From a bacterium (GTDB taxonomy: Bacteria > Zhuqueibacterota > Zhuqueibacteria > Residuimicrobiales > Krinioviventaceae): a stretch of 64,000 nucleotides of DNA. A program made the translations under genes and the position numbers. Position 1 is the first letter of the stretch. Each line of letters opens with the position of its first letter. The stretch covers positions 352,001-416,000 of the forward strand of contig CAXXMD010000003.1 of the NCBI GenBank assembly GCA_963675755.2, written 5' to 3'. Below are positions 20,751 through 30,284 of the stretch, piece after piece. The notes beneath the pieces are model-generated. The model was given only the letters and a program-made list of their open reading frames with translations. It did not search any database and was not told the DNA's origin.

Positions 20751-20776
20751 AACGTAAACATGCATTTTTTGTTCTG
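20751..20776 (-). promoter_or_regulatory. Putative ECF-sigma promoter CAGAAC-N16-CGTT for the RND operon
   Basis: AAC-N16-CGT geometry on the minus strand about 140 bp upstream of the adaptor gene. Confidence 0.45.
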
Positions 20777-20872
20777 GGAAACGTAAATCAAACTTGTAAA
20801 ATAGTGTAAAATGCTGATAATCTTTTCAGATCATCAACATTTCGCAATATAATGATAAATAAATTATAAAAT

Positions 20873-21223
20873 CTAGTATTTTTTCAAGAGGGATGAAAGC
20901 CACCAACCCAGCCCACCCAGTATGCCCCCAACAATTCCGGTGACTAAGAACATGACAATTGCAAATTGAGAGGGTAAAAACGTAATTTGTACCAGTTTAC
21001 CGGCAAGCAGCCAACCGGGTGCACCTATAGCAGGTACAATCGCAAGCAGAAACCATGCTAATCCGGCCCCCGCAAATCCTGTCCGAAATGACTTTTTTTG
21101 AACAGAAAACACAAATCCCACTACTATTCCGGCAACCAAGGCAGAGGGCCAGCCGATCAATAAATCCAGTATAATGGTTAACACAAAGAGAATAAGCATA
21201 CCCATCCATGATTTATTTCGCAT
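20873..21223 (-). CDS. Small hypothetical membrane protein (about 4 TM helices)
   Basis: Hydrophobic, Gly-rich; start overlaps the end of the acylase gene. Confidence 0.7.
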   Translation of the reverse strand: MRNKSWMGMLILFVLTIILDLLIGWPSALVAGIVVGFVFSVQKKSFRTGFAGAGLAWFLLAIVPAIGAPGWLLAGKLVQITFLPSQFAIVMFLVTGIVGGILGGLGWWLSSLLKKY

Positions 21224-23786
21224 TCTTCTGCCCTCCCGGAGTTAATGTAAGAACCGATTCAATATTTTTTTCTTCCAACGCATCAGCTGTTTTGGGGTAC
21301 AGCAATTCAAAATACTTTTGATTGTACCACGGCGCAATATTGTCATCATAATGTTTGCTGGCAGGGTTACCGCTTTGCCCGCCGGGGTAAACACCTACTT
21401 TTCGACCATCATCACCCGGCTCTACAACCATTCGCCAGAGCGGACCCACATTCCGGGAAGCATAAGAGATTGTATACCTGCTGCCTTTTAAGGGCAAACG
21501 GGGGTATCCCAGTCCCGGCAGATCGGTTAGATGATCAATATAAAAAGCTCTTTTCTCAGTTCCATATCTCAAGTCTTCTAGTTCGATGCCATTTCGTATT
21601 GCAAACCAATCATAAGCTTTTTTTAGTAAAGAAATAATATAATCATCACGGGTTTCAAGTTCGTCAGTTTGGGTATTATCAAACCATTCCGGACCCGTTT
21701 CATTGAGAAATATGGACTCTGTGGTTTCATTCCGTAAATGGATGAATGACCGGTTGTATTTGCTACGGAATTTATTTTCTATGGGTAATGAAAAATTTAA
21801 TACATGATTAAATATAACCGCAGCACTTGACTCGGGTGTGAAACGGCCGTCCCAGGTTTTAAACATATCATATATTTCACGCAAGATTGGATCATCCATG
21901 CCCTTATTTTCAATCGCTGTAAGCATTATCGGCAAAAGATTTTGCACTCTTGCGTCCACGATATCACACTGTATGCGCTGCATATCCGCAAAAGAGATTT
22001 TTTCTTTGGATTGCAGCAATTGGGTGATGCGCCTGGCGCGAAAGCCTTCTTCCCAGCCGTCTCCCAGGTAATACGGATACCCTTTTCTGACCGGGTACTG
22101 GTTGGCGGAAACCAGAAATCCCTGTTCCGGATTCACACTGTGCGGCATCTGTTCAAACGGAATAAACTTGCTCCAATTCGTTTCTACCCTGCTGCCGTCA
22201 AACTGATAGCGGCCATCACTATTGCTTCTCACCGGCACTTTGGCTGAAGCATACATGCCAATATTTCCGTATACATCCGCATAGGCAATGTAATGGGGAG
22301 AAACAAAATAATCATCCAGTGCCTGTTCGAATTCGTGGTTAGTCTGCGCCCGATTGATGTTACGAAAAGCATTCATCTCGTTAGAGACCTCGTGGCCAAC
22401 CCATCTAAACGCAAATTTACCATTTTTCCAGTTCATTACCGAACCGTGGACTGATTTTTCAAACACACAAAAGCTGTCTTTGCCGTTACGTACTTTGATC
22501 AATACGGTGTCTTTTTCAATCGGCAGCCACGCGCCATCATAGAGATATTTCTCACCACTCTCATCCAACTGCAGCGTAAAGCAGTCCCGTACATCCGCGT
22601 TGAATGTGGTAGATCCCCAGGCCATATAGCGATTAAATCCATAAATAATATAGGGTGTGTTTAGCAAAGCAATACCATACACATCGTATTCGGGACAAAC
22701 CAGGTGCGCTTCGTACCACATGCTGGGCAGGGTGAGCCATACATGTGGATCATGCGCCAGTATCGCCTTGCCGGAAGCGGATTTTTCGGGACTGATCACC
22801 CAGTTGTTGCTGCCAATTCCTCTTATATAGGGTGAGGATTGAGATTCCGGTCCAGAAGCATATACCATCTTTTGCTGATGCCCAGTTTCCGCATTGTTGT
22901 CAACAAACGACACGACTTTATCAGCATCTATTACCAGATTGACTGGCCCCTCATCAGTATCCGAGACCTGCCCCAAACCGGGATGCGGATTCGATTTGCT
23001 GTAAATGGTTCGGTCTTGCGGCGGCACACCATTCTTTTCCGGAATAACAGGCGGAGAGTATGCCGGAAATTCAGGATAAAACCGGTTGTATAGACTGTCC
23101 CCAAAAATCTCCCGCAAATCCGTCTCGGTTTTCTGCCATTCATAGGGATAATATCCTCCGGAACTAAGCTCCCAGGTCAGGGATTTGATCTGGTAAAAAC
23201 ACTGCTTGACGGTCCAGGGCTCCGGGGCATAATTAAACAATTTGAACTCGAGCGGCAATTCTGATGGATTTAATGACGCCATATAGGCATTGATACCAGA
23301 GACATACGCTTCCAGTTCCCCGTATAAGGGACTCCCCTCAAGCGCGGCACAATTACGCTCAGCAGCCGCTACCAGACCCAATTCATGTTTTCTGAAATTG
23401 TCTCGTAAAGCGAATTTTCCGAATACCTCCGCAGACCTTCCCGATGCATTACGCTGTCCGATATCCATCTGCCAGAGCCGGTCCTGTGCCTGCACATAAC
23501 CAAAAGCATAGCACAGGTCTTTTGCATTTTGTGCAAATATATGCGGCACCCCGCGCTTGTCACGAATGACCGTAACCTTGTCACTCAATCCTTCAAGCGT
23601 TACTGACTGCTCCTGTGAATGCTCAGCCTGCCGGGCATTCAGCCACACCCCTTTTGAAGGGTCCAGCAGTTTAGCCAGCGGCGGCATAGGATAAAAACCA
23701 AATCCCAACAACAGAACAATCAATACGGAAGCGATCAATGCGACTACGCTCTTCCAAACAATATACTGCTTTCGATCTTTTTGCAT
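21213..23786 (-). CDS. Penicillin acylase family Ntn-hydrolase (peptidase S45), membrane anchored
   Basis: RDKRGVPHI, GYVQAQDRLWQMD, GSNNW catalytic Ser, HDPH, SANQ, PGGQSGNP.S.HY.D. Confidence 0.92.
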   Translation of the reverse strand: MQKDRKQYIVWKSVVALIASVLIVLLLGFGFYPMPPLAKLLDPSKGVWLNARQAEHSQEQSVTLEGLSDKVTVIRDKRGVPHIFAQNAKDLCYAFGYVQAQDRLWQMDIGQRNASGRSAEVFGKFALRDNFRKHELGLVAAAERNCAALEGSPLYGELEAYVSGINAYMASLNPSELPLEFKLFNYAPEPWTVKQCFYQIKSLTWELSSGGYYPYEWQKTETDLREIFGDSLYNRFYPEFPAYSPPVIPEKNGVPPQDRTIYSKSNPHPGLGQVSDTDEGPVNLVIDADKVVSFVDNNAETGHQQKMVYASGPESQSSPYIRGIGSNNWVISPEKSASGKAILAHDPHVWLTLPSMWYEAHLVCPEYDVYGIALLNTPYIIYGFNRYMAWGSTTFNADVRDCFTLQLDESGEKYLYDGAWLPIEKDTVLIKVRNGKDSFCVFEKSVHGSVMNWKNGKFAFRWVGHEVSNEMNAFRNINRAQTNHEFEQALDDYFVSPHYIAYADVYGNIGMYASAKVPVRSNSDGRYQFDGSRVETNWSKFIPFEQMPHSVNPEQGFLVSANQYPVRKGYPYYLGDGWEEGFRARRITQLLQSKEKISFADMQRIQCDIVDARVQNLLPIMLTAIENKGMDDPILREIYDMFKTWDGRFTPESSAAVIFNHVLNFSLPIENKFRSKYNRSFIHLRNETTESIFLNETGPEWFDNTQTDELETRDDYIISLLKKAYDWFAIRNGIELEDLRYGTEKRAFYIDHLTDLPGLGYPRLPLKGSRYTISYASRNVGPLWRMVVEPGDDGRKVGVYPGGQSGNPASKHYDDNIAPWYNQKYFELLYPKTADALEEKNIESVLTLTPGGQKNAK

Positions 23787-23810
23787 TCCAGTCTCCCCTC
23801 TGTTTGCAAA

Positions 23811-24371
23811 TCATGTTTTCGGCACGGATTCTGTTAACCTGCTTACAATAACTCCATTTTTCTTCATTTCACAATCACATCGTTCAGAGATGGCTTTTAA
23901 CAGTTCATATTTATCATCAAAATATGCAAGATTAATGCGCGTTGCCTCTGTAGAATATTTATATTTGGTTGGCAAGTGAATGACCAGATACTCAAAATTG
24001 GTACTTTTACGCTTTAAATCCATTTTAACATACTCTACTTTTACTACTTTGTTAAAATCAATTTGTTTTGCTTTTCCCAAGAAATATTTAAAATTCCGGT
24101 AAATTAATACATGATCGTCATAAATAAAAACGGATATAACACGGTATATTAACTTGCCAATTAAAATAATAAAAAGAGGCAAATAGATATAAAGTAATAA
24201 AAGTTTAACTCCTTTTATAATTAAATTGAATGTAAAGCCGCCCTGAGAGAATACAAAAGCAAAAGAAAAAACAAATATTATTGTTAAAAAAACAATATTC
24301 AAGAATTGATCTTTAATAAAAACAAACAACCTTGGCTTGAATTTCAGTACCTGCCCCGAATCAATACTCAT
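23811..24371 (-). CDS. AT-rich hypothetical membrane protein (2 TM helices plus soluble domain)
   Basis: 186 aa ORF with GGAG RBS; co-oriented with the acylase; no family recognised. Confidence 0.6.
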   Translation of the reverse strand: MSIDSGQVLKFKPRLFVFIKDQFLNIVFLTIIFVFSFAFVFSQGGFTFNLIIKGVKLLLLYIYLPLFIILIGKLIYRVISVFIYDDHVLIYRNFKYFLGKAKQIDFNKVVKVEYVKMDLKRKSTNFEYLVIHLPTKYKYSTEATRINLAYFDDKYELLKAISERCDCEMKKNGVIVSRLTESVPKT

Positions 24372-24490
24372 ATTTCACTCCCCAGCTTTTCATATTGTGC
24401 TACAATAGTCAGAATTAAACAAAACCATCCCCTTGCAGGTCATTCCAAAATAGGATTTTATTCACCATAAATCAACACATTTCTATGTTA

Positions 24491-24800
24491 AACCTCCGGG
24501 AGGTCTGGCGGACCTCCGGGTGACTGTTGAAAAAGTTCATAATCTTGCAATAATCACCAACTCTCCAACCCATCCGTCAGCTGACGGATGGGTCAAAACT
24601 ACGGTGCAAAGTTCTGCTTCGCAAGCATTTGTAAATTAACAACCTGCCCATCATGAAATTTTCCCAACTTTATAAAAAGGCAATAAAATTTCTCTCTGTG
24701 TCCTTTGTGCCTCTGTGGTTAAGCTTTTAATCTCTCCTGATTGCAACACAGATGTCTGTGTCGCGGAATATTATCATGGGACATTCGTCCCATCCGTGGT
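24491..24800. repeat. Third repeat mosaic: C-type palindrome, perfect 26-bp palindrome, CTCTGTG tract and unit A
   Basis: AACCTCCGGGAGGT at 24491; ACCCATCCGTCAGCTGACGGATGGGT at 24568-24593; CTCTGTGTCCTTTGTGCCTCTGTGGTT near 24694-24720; unit A at 24739-24791. Confidence 0.82.
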
Positions 24801-24841
24801 TAATTCGCATCCGGATTCTATCTTTATATACAGAAAAACAC

Positions 24842-24870
24842 TTGCCTTGCTCACCAATTTTTAGTAAAAT
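24842..24870 (+). promoter_or_regulatory. Putative sigma70 promoter TTGCCT-N17-TAAAAT
   Basis: Correct spacing about 50 bp upstream of the ALDH start. Confidence 0.45.
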
Positions 24871-24921
24871 ATCCCATCACAATCCCATGAAAACCAATTT
24901 AACCAAATAACAGGACCCGCA

Positions 24922-26340
24922 ATGCCTGAAACTGCTTTTGAACCTGAATTTATTATACCCCGGACCGCAATTAAACAGATCATACAATCTCAACGAGATT
25001 TTTTCAAAACCCAAAAACCGGATTACTCTTTTCGCATGCAACAACTGGCTACGCTCAAAACCGCTATCGAAGCGTATGAATCCGAGTTACTGCTTGCCAT
25101 GGAAAAAGACATGCGCAAACCCCGGTTTGAAGGCTATTTAAGTGACATTGCCTTTACCGTAACAGAGATAGACCTGGCCCTGAAAAGACTAAAATCATGG
25201 ATGAAACCCAAACGCGTTTCTACTCCCATTGCCCATTTGCCCGGCTCCAGTTACATCCATGCCGAACCCTTTGGGGTTACCCTGGTCATGGCCCCCTGGA
25301 ACTATCCCATTTACCTGCTGCTCGTTCCGCTGATTGGCGCCATGGCAGCCGGAAACTGTACCGTTCTAAAGCCCTCAGAGCTGACGCCCAATACCTCGAA
25401 CGTTATTGCCAAAATGTTCAAAGAATATTTTGATCCGGCATATATTGCTGTGGTTGAAGGAGACGGACAAACCGCGCAGGAACTGCTGAATGAAAAATGG
25501 GATTATATTTTCTTTACCGGCAGTCCCGCCATTGGCAAAATAGTCATGCAAGCTGCGGCACAACACCTGACTCCGGTTACCCTTGAACTGGGCGGTAAAA
25601 GTCCCTGTATTGTAGACAAGAACATAAATATGGAAACCGCTGCCCGGCGCATCATCTGGGGAAAATTCCTCAATGCGGGTCAAACCTGCATTGCCCCGGA
25701 TTATTTGCTGGTCCATCAATCCATCAAAGATGCTTTTATTGAACAATGCAAAAAGACATTGCTCGAGTTCTACGGAAGCGATATGGCCAACAGCCCGGAT
25801 CTGGCACGCATCGTCAATGAACGGCACTTTGATCGGTTGAGCAGCCTGCTCAAAGATGCCAACATACTCGTCGGGGGAGAAACCGACCGGGATTCCCGCT
25901 ATATTGCCCCCACTTTGCTGGACGGAGTGGATTGGGAGCATCCCGTTATGCAGGATGAAATATTTGGCCCCATTCTACCAGTACTGGAATTTAGTGATCT
26001 GAATGATGCGATTGAAACCATCAACAGCCACCCCAAACCTCTGGCTTTGTACTTTTTCTCTAATGACAAATCACTACAGAATAAAGTTATTGACGAAACC
26101 AGTTCCGGCGGAGTGTGTATTAACGATACCATCAATCACATTATCCCAAACAATCTGCCTTTTGGCGGCGTGGGCACCAGCGGTATGGGCGCATACCACG
26201 GTAAAGCCAGTTTCGATATTTTCTCACATCACAAAAGCACGCTCAAGCGCTCTTTTCTTTTAGATATAAAAATAAAATACGCACCCTATACTGTAAAAAT
26301 CGAACACGCAAAAAAACTTTTAAAGCTGATGACGGGATAA
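24922..26340 (+). CDS. NAD(P)-dependent aldehyde dehydrogenase (ALDH3/YwdH-like)
   Basis: PWNYP, KPSE, FFTGS, LELGGKSP, NAGQTCIAPDY, EIFGP, PFGGVG.SGMG.YHG. Confidence 0.95.
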   Translation: MPETAFEPEFIIPRTAIKQIIQSQRDFFKTQKPDYSFRMQQLATLKTAIEAYESELLLAMEKDMRKPRFEGYLSDIAFTVTEIDLALKRLKSWMKPKRVSTPIAHLPGSSYIHAEPFGVTLVMAPWNYPIYLLLVPLIGAMAAGNCTVLKPSELTPNTSNVIAKMFKEYFDPAYIAVVEGDGQTAQELLNEKWDYIFFTGSPAIGKIVMQAAAQHLTPVTLELGGKSPCIVDKNINMETAARRIIWGKFLNAGQTCIAPDYLLVHQSIKDAFIEQCKKTLLEFYGSDMANSPDLARIVNERHFDRLSSLLKDANILVGGETDRDSRYIAPTLLDGVDWEHPVMQDEIFGPILPVLEFSDLNDAIETINSHPKPLALYFFSNDKSLQNKVIDETSSGGVCINDTINHIIPNNLPFGGVGTSGMGAYHGKASFDIFSHHKSTLKRSFLLDIKIKYAPYTVKIEHAKKLLKLMTG

Positions 26341-26372
26341 TCAAGTATATTGAATGATATAAAGGAAAATAC

Positions 26373-26420
26373 AAATTACTCAATATATTGAGTAATTTTA
26401 CTCAACGTGCTGAGTAATTT
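26373..26420. repeat. Tandem TTACTCA-N6-TGAGTAA palindromes between convergent genes
   Basis: AAATTACTCAATATATTGAGTAATTT (perfect, 26373-26398) abutting TTACTCAACGTGCTGAGTAA (26398-26417). Confidence 0.7.
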
Positions 26421-26500
26421 GTAAGAATTTAGTAAACATGAATAAACTTTATTGGCCCCTAAAATTCACAACTGAAAACTGATTACTGATATATGTAAAG

Positions 26501-27760
26501 TCAATTCTCCACATCCCAGAACAACGCATCTTTTTGGGGTCTGGCATCGAGGACCCGTTTTTTTAAGGTATTTAGTTTGCCCTCAATATCTTTTTGCAGG
26601 ACATCGGGACCCACTTCCATATCAATGCCCACACCACCGCAGCTTGGCAGCCACAATTTGATCGTTTCGGTACCATTTTCAATTTCACGTGTATGTTCAA
26701 ACCTCTCAATGCGGGAGATCCCTTCCAGCGTTTTGGGTACCGGTGTATCACCAACCGCATGCTGTTCCAGAAGATAATCCATATCCACGATATTCCGGAG
26801 TTTGTAATACTCCATCAGCTTGGCAAGTGCAACCAGACGAAACAGTTCCTCAAGCTCTGCATACAAGGGCTCGGTCTCTGCCAGCTCCTGATAATGTGAG
26901 GTAAAATTATTCGTAAACGCCTCCGCCATGGGATCAGCTTTTCCGGAACCCATCAATTTCTTTTCCGACGAGTGCAGATATTGCGATTCTGTCAACAGCG
27001 TTACAGGACAATCATCAATCTTTGCAACCTGATCATCATAACTGAACTGATAATCACCGGGATAAAACCAGAACCGATTCATGGAAGCAATTCCCACGGT
27101 AATAGAATTGCCTACCCTGATATCCGTTTCCATCTGTGATTTTACAGCAGGTAATAATCCGGTAATACCGTTTACATCCGGCACAAACGAACCATCTACA
27201 ATGCGTTTTAACAGGTAATCCGCATCTACCATAACCGAAGCAAACCGGGACTCGAATGGAATGCCAAACACCCGCACAGTCTGGGGCAATTTACAGATAT
27301 CATGCCACATCTCAATCACAGTGTCTTTGGCTTCAGCATCGGTTACGGAATTCAAGCGTTGAGACAATTCATTCAATTGCGCCAGCACTTTTGCATTCGG
27401 ATCTATAGAACAACCGGGATTGCTGTAATAATAAGTATTATCTTTCAACTCGGCATAAACCATCCACGCATTTCGTAATGCGATCACAAAATCATTTGTG
27501 TACAGCGGCATACGGTCCTCTAATACCTGACCATACACTACAACATCCTGGTTCTCTGCATCCGTTACAAATCCATCAACCCGGTTGATTCCACACAAAT
27601 ACAGCAAAATGGCATTATCCGTATCTTTACCTGCCTGCTCCCATTGATCTTGAAACTGTGTCAATGAAAACGCACGGGTACCTGCAAAAGACGCTGCCGG
27701 TCCTGTAAAACCGGCAGCAATCATATAAACTATCAAAATAAATATAAAATAACGTCTCAA
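26501..27760 (-). CDS. Secreted DUF1598-like protein
   Basis: Signal peptide; GCSIDP, FASVMVDADYLLKRI, RFWF, GGV motifs resembling DUF1598. Confidence 0.65.
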   Translation of the reverse strand: MRRYFIFILIVYMIAAGFTGPAASFAGTRAFSLTQFQDQWEQAGKDTDNAILLYLCGINRVDGFVTDAENQDVVVYGQVLEDRMPLYTNDFVIALRNAWMVYAELKDNTYYYSNPGCSIDPNAKVLAQLNELSQRLNSVTDAEAKDTVIEMWHDICKLPQTVRVFGIPFESRFASVMVDADYLLKRIVDGSFVPDVNGITGLLPAVKSQMETDIRVGNSITVGIASMNRFWFYPGDYQFSYDDQVAKIDDCPVTLLTESQYLHSSEKKLMGSGKADPMAEAFTNNFTSHYQELAETEPLYAELEELFRLVALAKLMEYYKLRNIVDMDYLLEQHAVGDTPVPKTLEGISRIERFEHTREIENGTETIKLWLPSCGGVGIDMEVGPDVLQKDIEGKLNTLKKRVLDARPQKDALFWDVEN

Positions 27761-27770
27761 AAAAACCTCA

Positions 27771-28469
27771 TTATTTCATTTTAGCAAGTTTATTGAGATC
27801 AATCTTGTCAACGGCTTTTTTAATATCATCCATATCTACATTATTACCATCAACTTTAACAACAAACCGCTCTGCCACAAACAAGGTTACCTGACCATAT
27901 TCCTGATCTTTGTCCCAGCTTTCAAATGCCCGGTGTCCCTTGATAGTTGTGGTTTTTTCATAACCGGAATCACCTTCCTGGTCTATATCAGTTGCCAGCC
28001 ATGCAAGCTGGGTCATCCTTACCAGCTTGTTCATATTACCCATATCCGTGATCTCGATCTCTATAGAACCCCCGTCATTGTTCTCATATTCCGCGGTAGC
28101 CTGTGAAATCTTCATACCCAATGCAGAGGTCTTTTCTCCACTAGCATCGGTTCTGTTCAGGCCTCGTAAATCACCAGGCAGCAAAGATTTTAGATCTTTA
28201 TAATCAACCGGTTCAACTTTGGAATCAACCACTTCATCACTCATTTGTCCCAGGGCTTTAGCCATTTCTTCCATACCTTTGGCCATCTCTTCCATGCCCT
28301 CGCCAAAGCCTTCAGCCATTTTTTCACCAGCCTTGGCCATTTGCTCACTTGCTTCCTCCATTTGGCGTTCTGCTTTTTCCATCTGTTTTTCTTCAGGTGA
28401 TTTTCCACATCCGTTTAAAACAGATATAACCAGTACAGTGGAAACCAGAATGATCAAACAGCGTTTCAT
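27771..28469 (-). CDS. Hypothetical lipoprotein with Met/Glu-rich coiled-coil linker
   Basis: Lipobox LNGC; repeated GMEEMAK; globular C-terminal domain. Confidence 0.75.
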   Translation of the reverse strand: MKRCLIILVSTVLVISVLNGCGKSPEEKQMEKAERQMEEASEQMAKAGEKMAEGFGEGMEEMAKGMEEMAKALGQMSDEVVDSKVEPVDYKDLKSLLPGDLRGLNRTDASGEKTSALGMKISQATAEYENNDGGSIEIEITDMGNMNKLVRMTQLAWLATDIDQEGDSGYEKTTTIKGHRAFESWDKDQEYGQVTLFVAERFVVKVDGNNVDMDDIKKAVDKIDLNKLAKMK

Positions 28470-28625
28470 TGTTGCCTCCTTTTATCATAATTACATTTTT
28501 TTACAAGATATTGTCAATATACGAAAAAAAAATTGACTCGTTACTCATTTTTTTCTATTTTCATTGAATAAAATGTTGTTTTGTGTTTATCATCACAAAG
28601 CAAACATTCAGGAAAATGTATACAA

Positions 28626-29246
28626 ATGGAGATTGTATTGAACAACCCCAATTCCGCCGCACCGGCAATGGTATCGCAAGCCCGTCAAACCATAACCAGC
28701 GATACAGATGCGATACGCTATTGCCAGCAAGGTAACGCGCAAGCGTTTGGCTATCTGGTGGAAAAATATATGCAAAGGGCCTACTATTCCGCTTTAGGAC
28801 TGGTTGGCTCGCATGACAATGCGGTTGACTTGTCTCAAGACGCATTTGTAAGGGCGTTTAAAGCGATAAAATCCTTTGATCCCAGTCGCAGCTTTTTTAC
28901 CTGGTATTATCGTATTTTACGCAACCTGTGCTTTAACCATTTACGTGACAAATCCCGTCATGCCCGCTCTTTTTCGGAAATGGACGAGTACGAGATCAAT
29001 TCCATTGCAGATGATTCTCACAGCACAGAATCAATGGTAGAGCAAAACGAAGCTCAAAAAGCGGTCTGGCAGGGCCTTGAACAAATTAAAGAACAGGAAC
29101 GAGAAATTATCATACTCAAAGATATTCAAGATTATTCATATAAAGAAATTGCCGAAATTCTGGAATGCCCCATCGGCACCGTTATGTCCCGCCTTTATAA
29201 TGCCCGCAAAGCATTGAAAGCAAAACTGGAAGGTTTCTACTCATGA
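28626..29246 (+). CDS. ECF RNA polymerase sigma factor (SigW/RpoE-like)
   Basis: DLSQDAFVRAF, FFTWYYRI..N, SYKEIAEIL.CPIGTVMSRL..AR; ATG at 28626 preferred. Confidence 0.92.
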   Translation: MEIVLNNPNSAAPAMVSQARQTITSDTDAIRYCQQGNAQAFGYLVEKYMQRAYYSALGLVGSHDNAVDLSQDAFVRAFKAIKSFDPSRSFFTWYYRILRNLCFNHLRDKSRHARSFSEMDEYEINSIADDSHSTESMVEQNEAQKAVWQGLEQIKEQEREIIILKDIQDYSYKEIAEILECPIGTVMSRLYNARKALKAKLEGFYS

Positions 29247-29704
29247 CAGATTATAATCATATTAAAGAAAAATTTCAAATATTAATGATGGGTGCTATAG
29301 ACGGTGAACTGGACGAGAAGCAGCAACAGGAATTTGAATCACTACTTGCAGAACACCCGGAATTTGTTCAGGAATATCAGGAATTTCAACAGCTCAAGGA
29401 GAAAACCACAGCAATGAAGTTTAAAACCCCACCTGATGAATTATGGGATACCTATTGGGTTGACATATATAACCGTATTGAACGGGGTATCGGTTGGATA
29501 TTTTTCTCAATCGGTGCAATGATACTGCTTACCTATGGTGGTTACAAATTTTTCAAAGCCATCATTCAGGACGCGCAAATGCCGGTCATAATGAAGTTTG
29601 GCACTTTTTTTCTGATCGGTGGATTGGCGGTTCTGCTGGTGTCTGTAGCACGTGAACGCATGTTCACCTACAAATCTGACCCTTATAAGGAGATTAAACG
29701 ATGA
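29243..29704 (+). CDS. Putative membrane-bound anti-sigma factor
   Basis: 4-bp overlap with the sigma gene; N-terminal DGEL..FE..L..H anti-sigma-like domain lacking CxxC; two C-terminal TM helices. Confidence 0.75.
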   Translation: MTDYNHIKEKFQILMMGAIDGELDEKQQQEFESLLAEHPEFVQEYQEFQQLKEKTTAMKFKTPPDELWDTYWVDIYNRIERGIGWIFFSIGAMILLTYGGYKFFKAIIQDAQMPVIMKFGTFFLIGGLAVLLVSVARERMFTYKSDPYKEIKR

Positions 29705-30027
29705 TTCTCACCACTACACATACAATACATCACAAACACATTATAAAAACTCTGGGAATGGTCAAAGGCAACACCATTCGGGCCCGTTTTGTGGGTAAAG
29801 ACATAATCGCCGGTTTCAAACAACTTGTTGGTGGAGAAATTGAAGATTATACCAAACTCATGGCAGAATCACGTGAACAAGCCCTGGATCGACTGATTGC
29901 CGATGCAAAAAGTCTTGGCGCAAATGCCGTTGTAGGTGTACGGTTCAGCACCAGCGAGCTCATGGCAAACGCAGCAGAAATCCTGGTGTATGGTACTGCT
30001 GTTATAGTTGAAGAAGATGAGGATTAA
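29701..30027 (+). CDS. ybjQ: YbjQ/UPF0145 family protein
   Basis: GGEI..YT.LM.ESREQA..R, LGANAVVGVRF, YGTAV. Confidence 0.92.
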   Translation: MILTTTHTIHHKHIIKTLGMVKGNTIRARFVGKDIIAGFKQLVGGEIEDYTKLMAESREQALDRLIADAKSLGANAVVGVRFSTSELMANAAEILVYGTAVIVEEDED

Positions 30028-30248
30028 TGATGGATCCACATATCAATTTTAATTTTATATGTCCCAAATGCAGAAACACCCAGTGTGAAATTGATCAAAT
30101 GCGCGCTACCGGTGGCGCGCTGGCTAAAATATTTGATGTACAGAATAAAAAATTCACCTCAGTTACCTGCACCAAGTGTAGATATACAGAATTCTACAAA
30201 ACCGATTCCAGCACGATTGGCAATATTTTTGATTTTTTAACAAATTAA
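30027..30248 (+). CDS. Zinc-ribbon protein (DUF2082-like)
   Basis: CPKC..C, ATGG..KIFDVQN.KF..VTC.KC.YTEFY. Confidence 0.8.
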   Translation: MMDPHINFNFICPKCRNTQCEIDQMRATGGALAKIFDVQNKKFTSVTCTKCRYTEFYKTDSSTIGNIFDFLTN

Positions 30249-30284
30249 ACTTGAACCCCAAACATTGTTGTTTTATATTCAACA

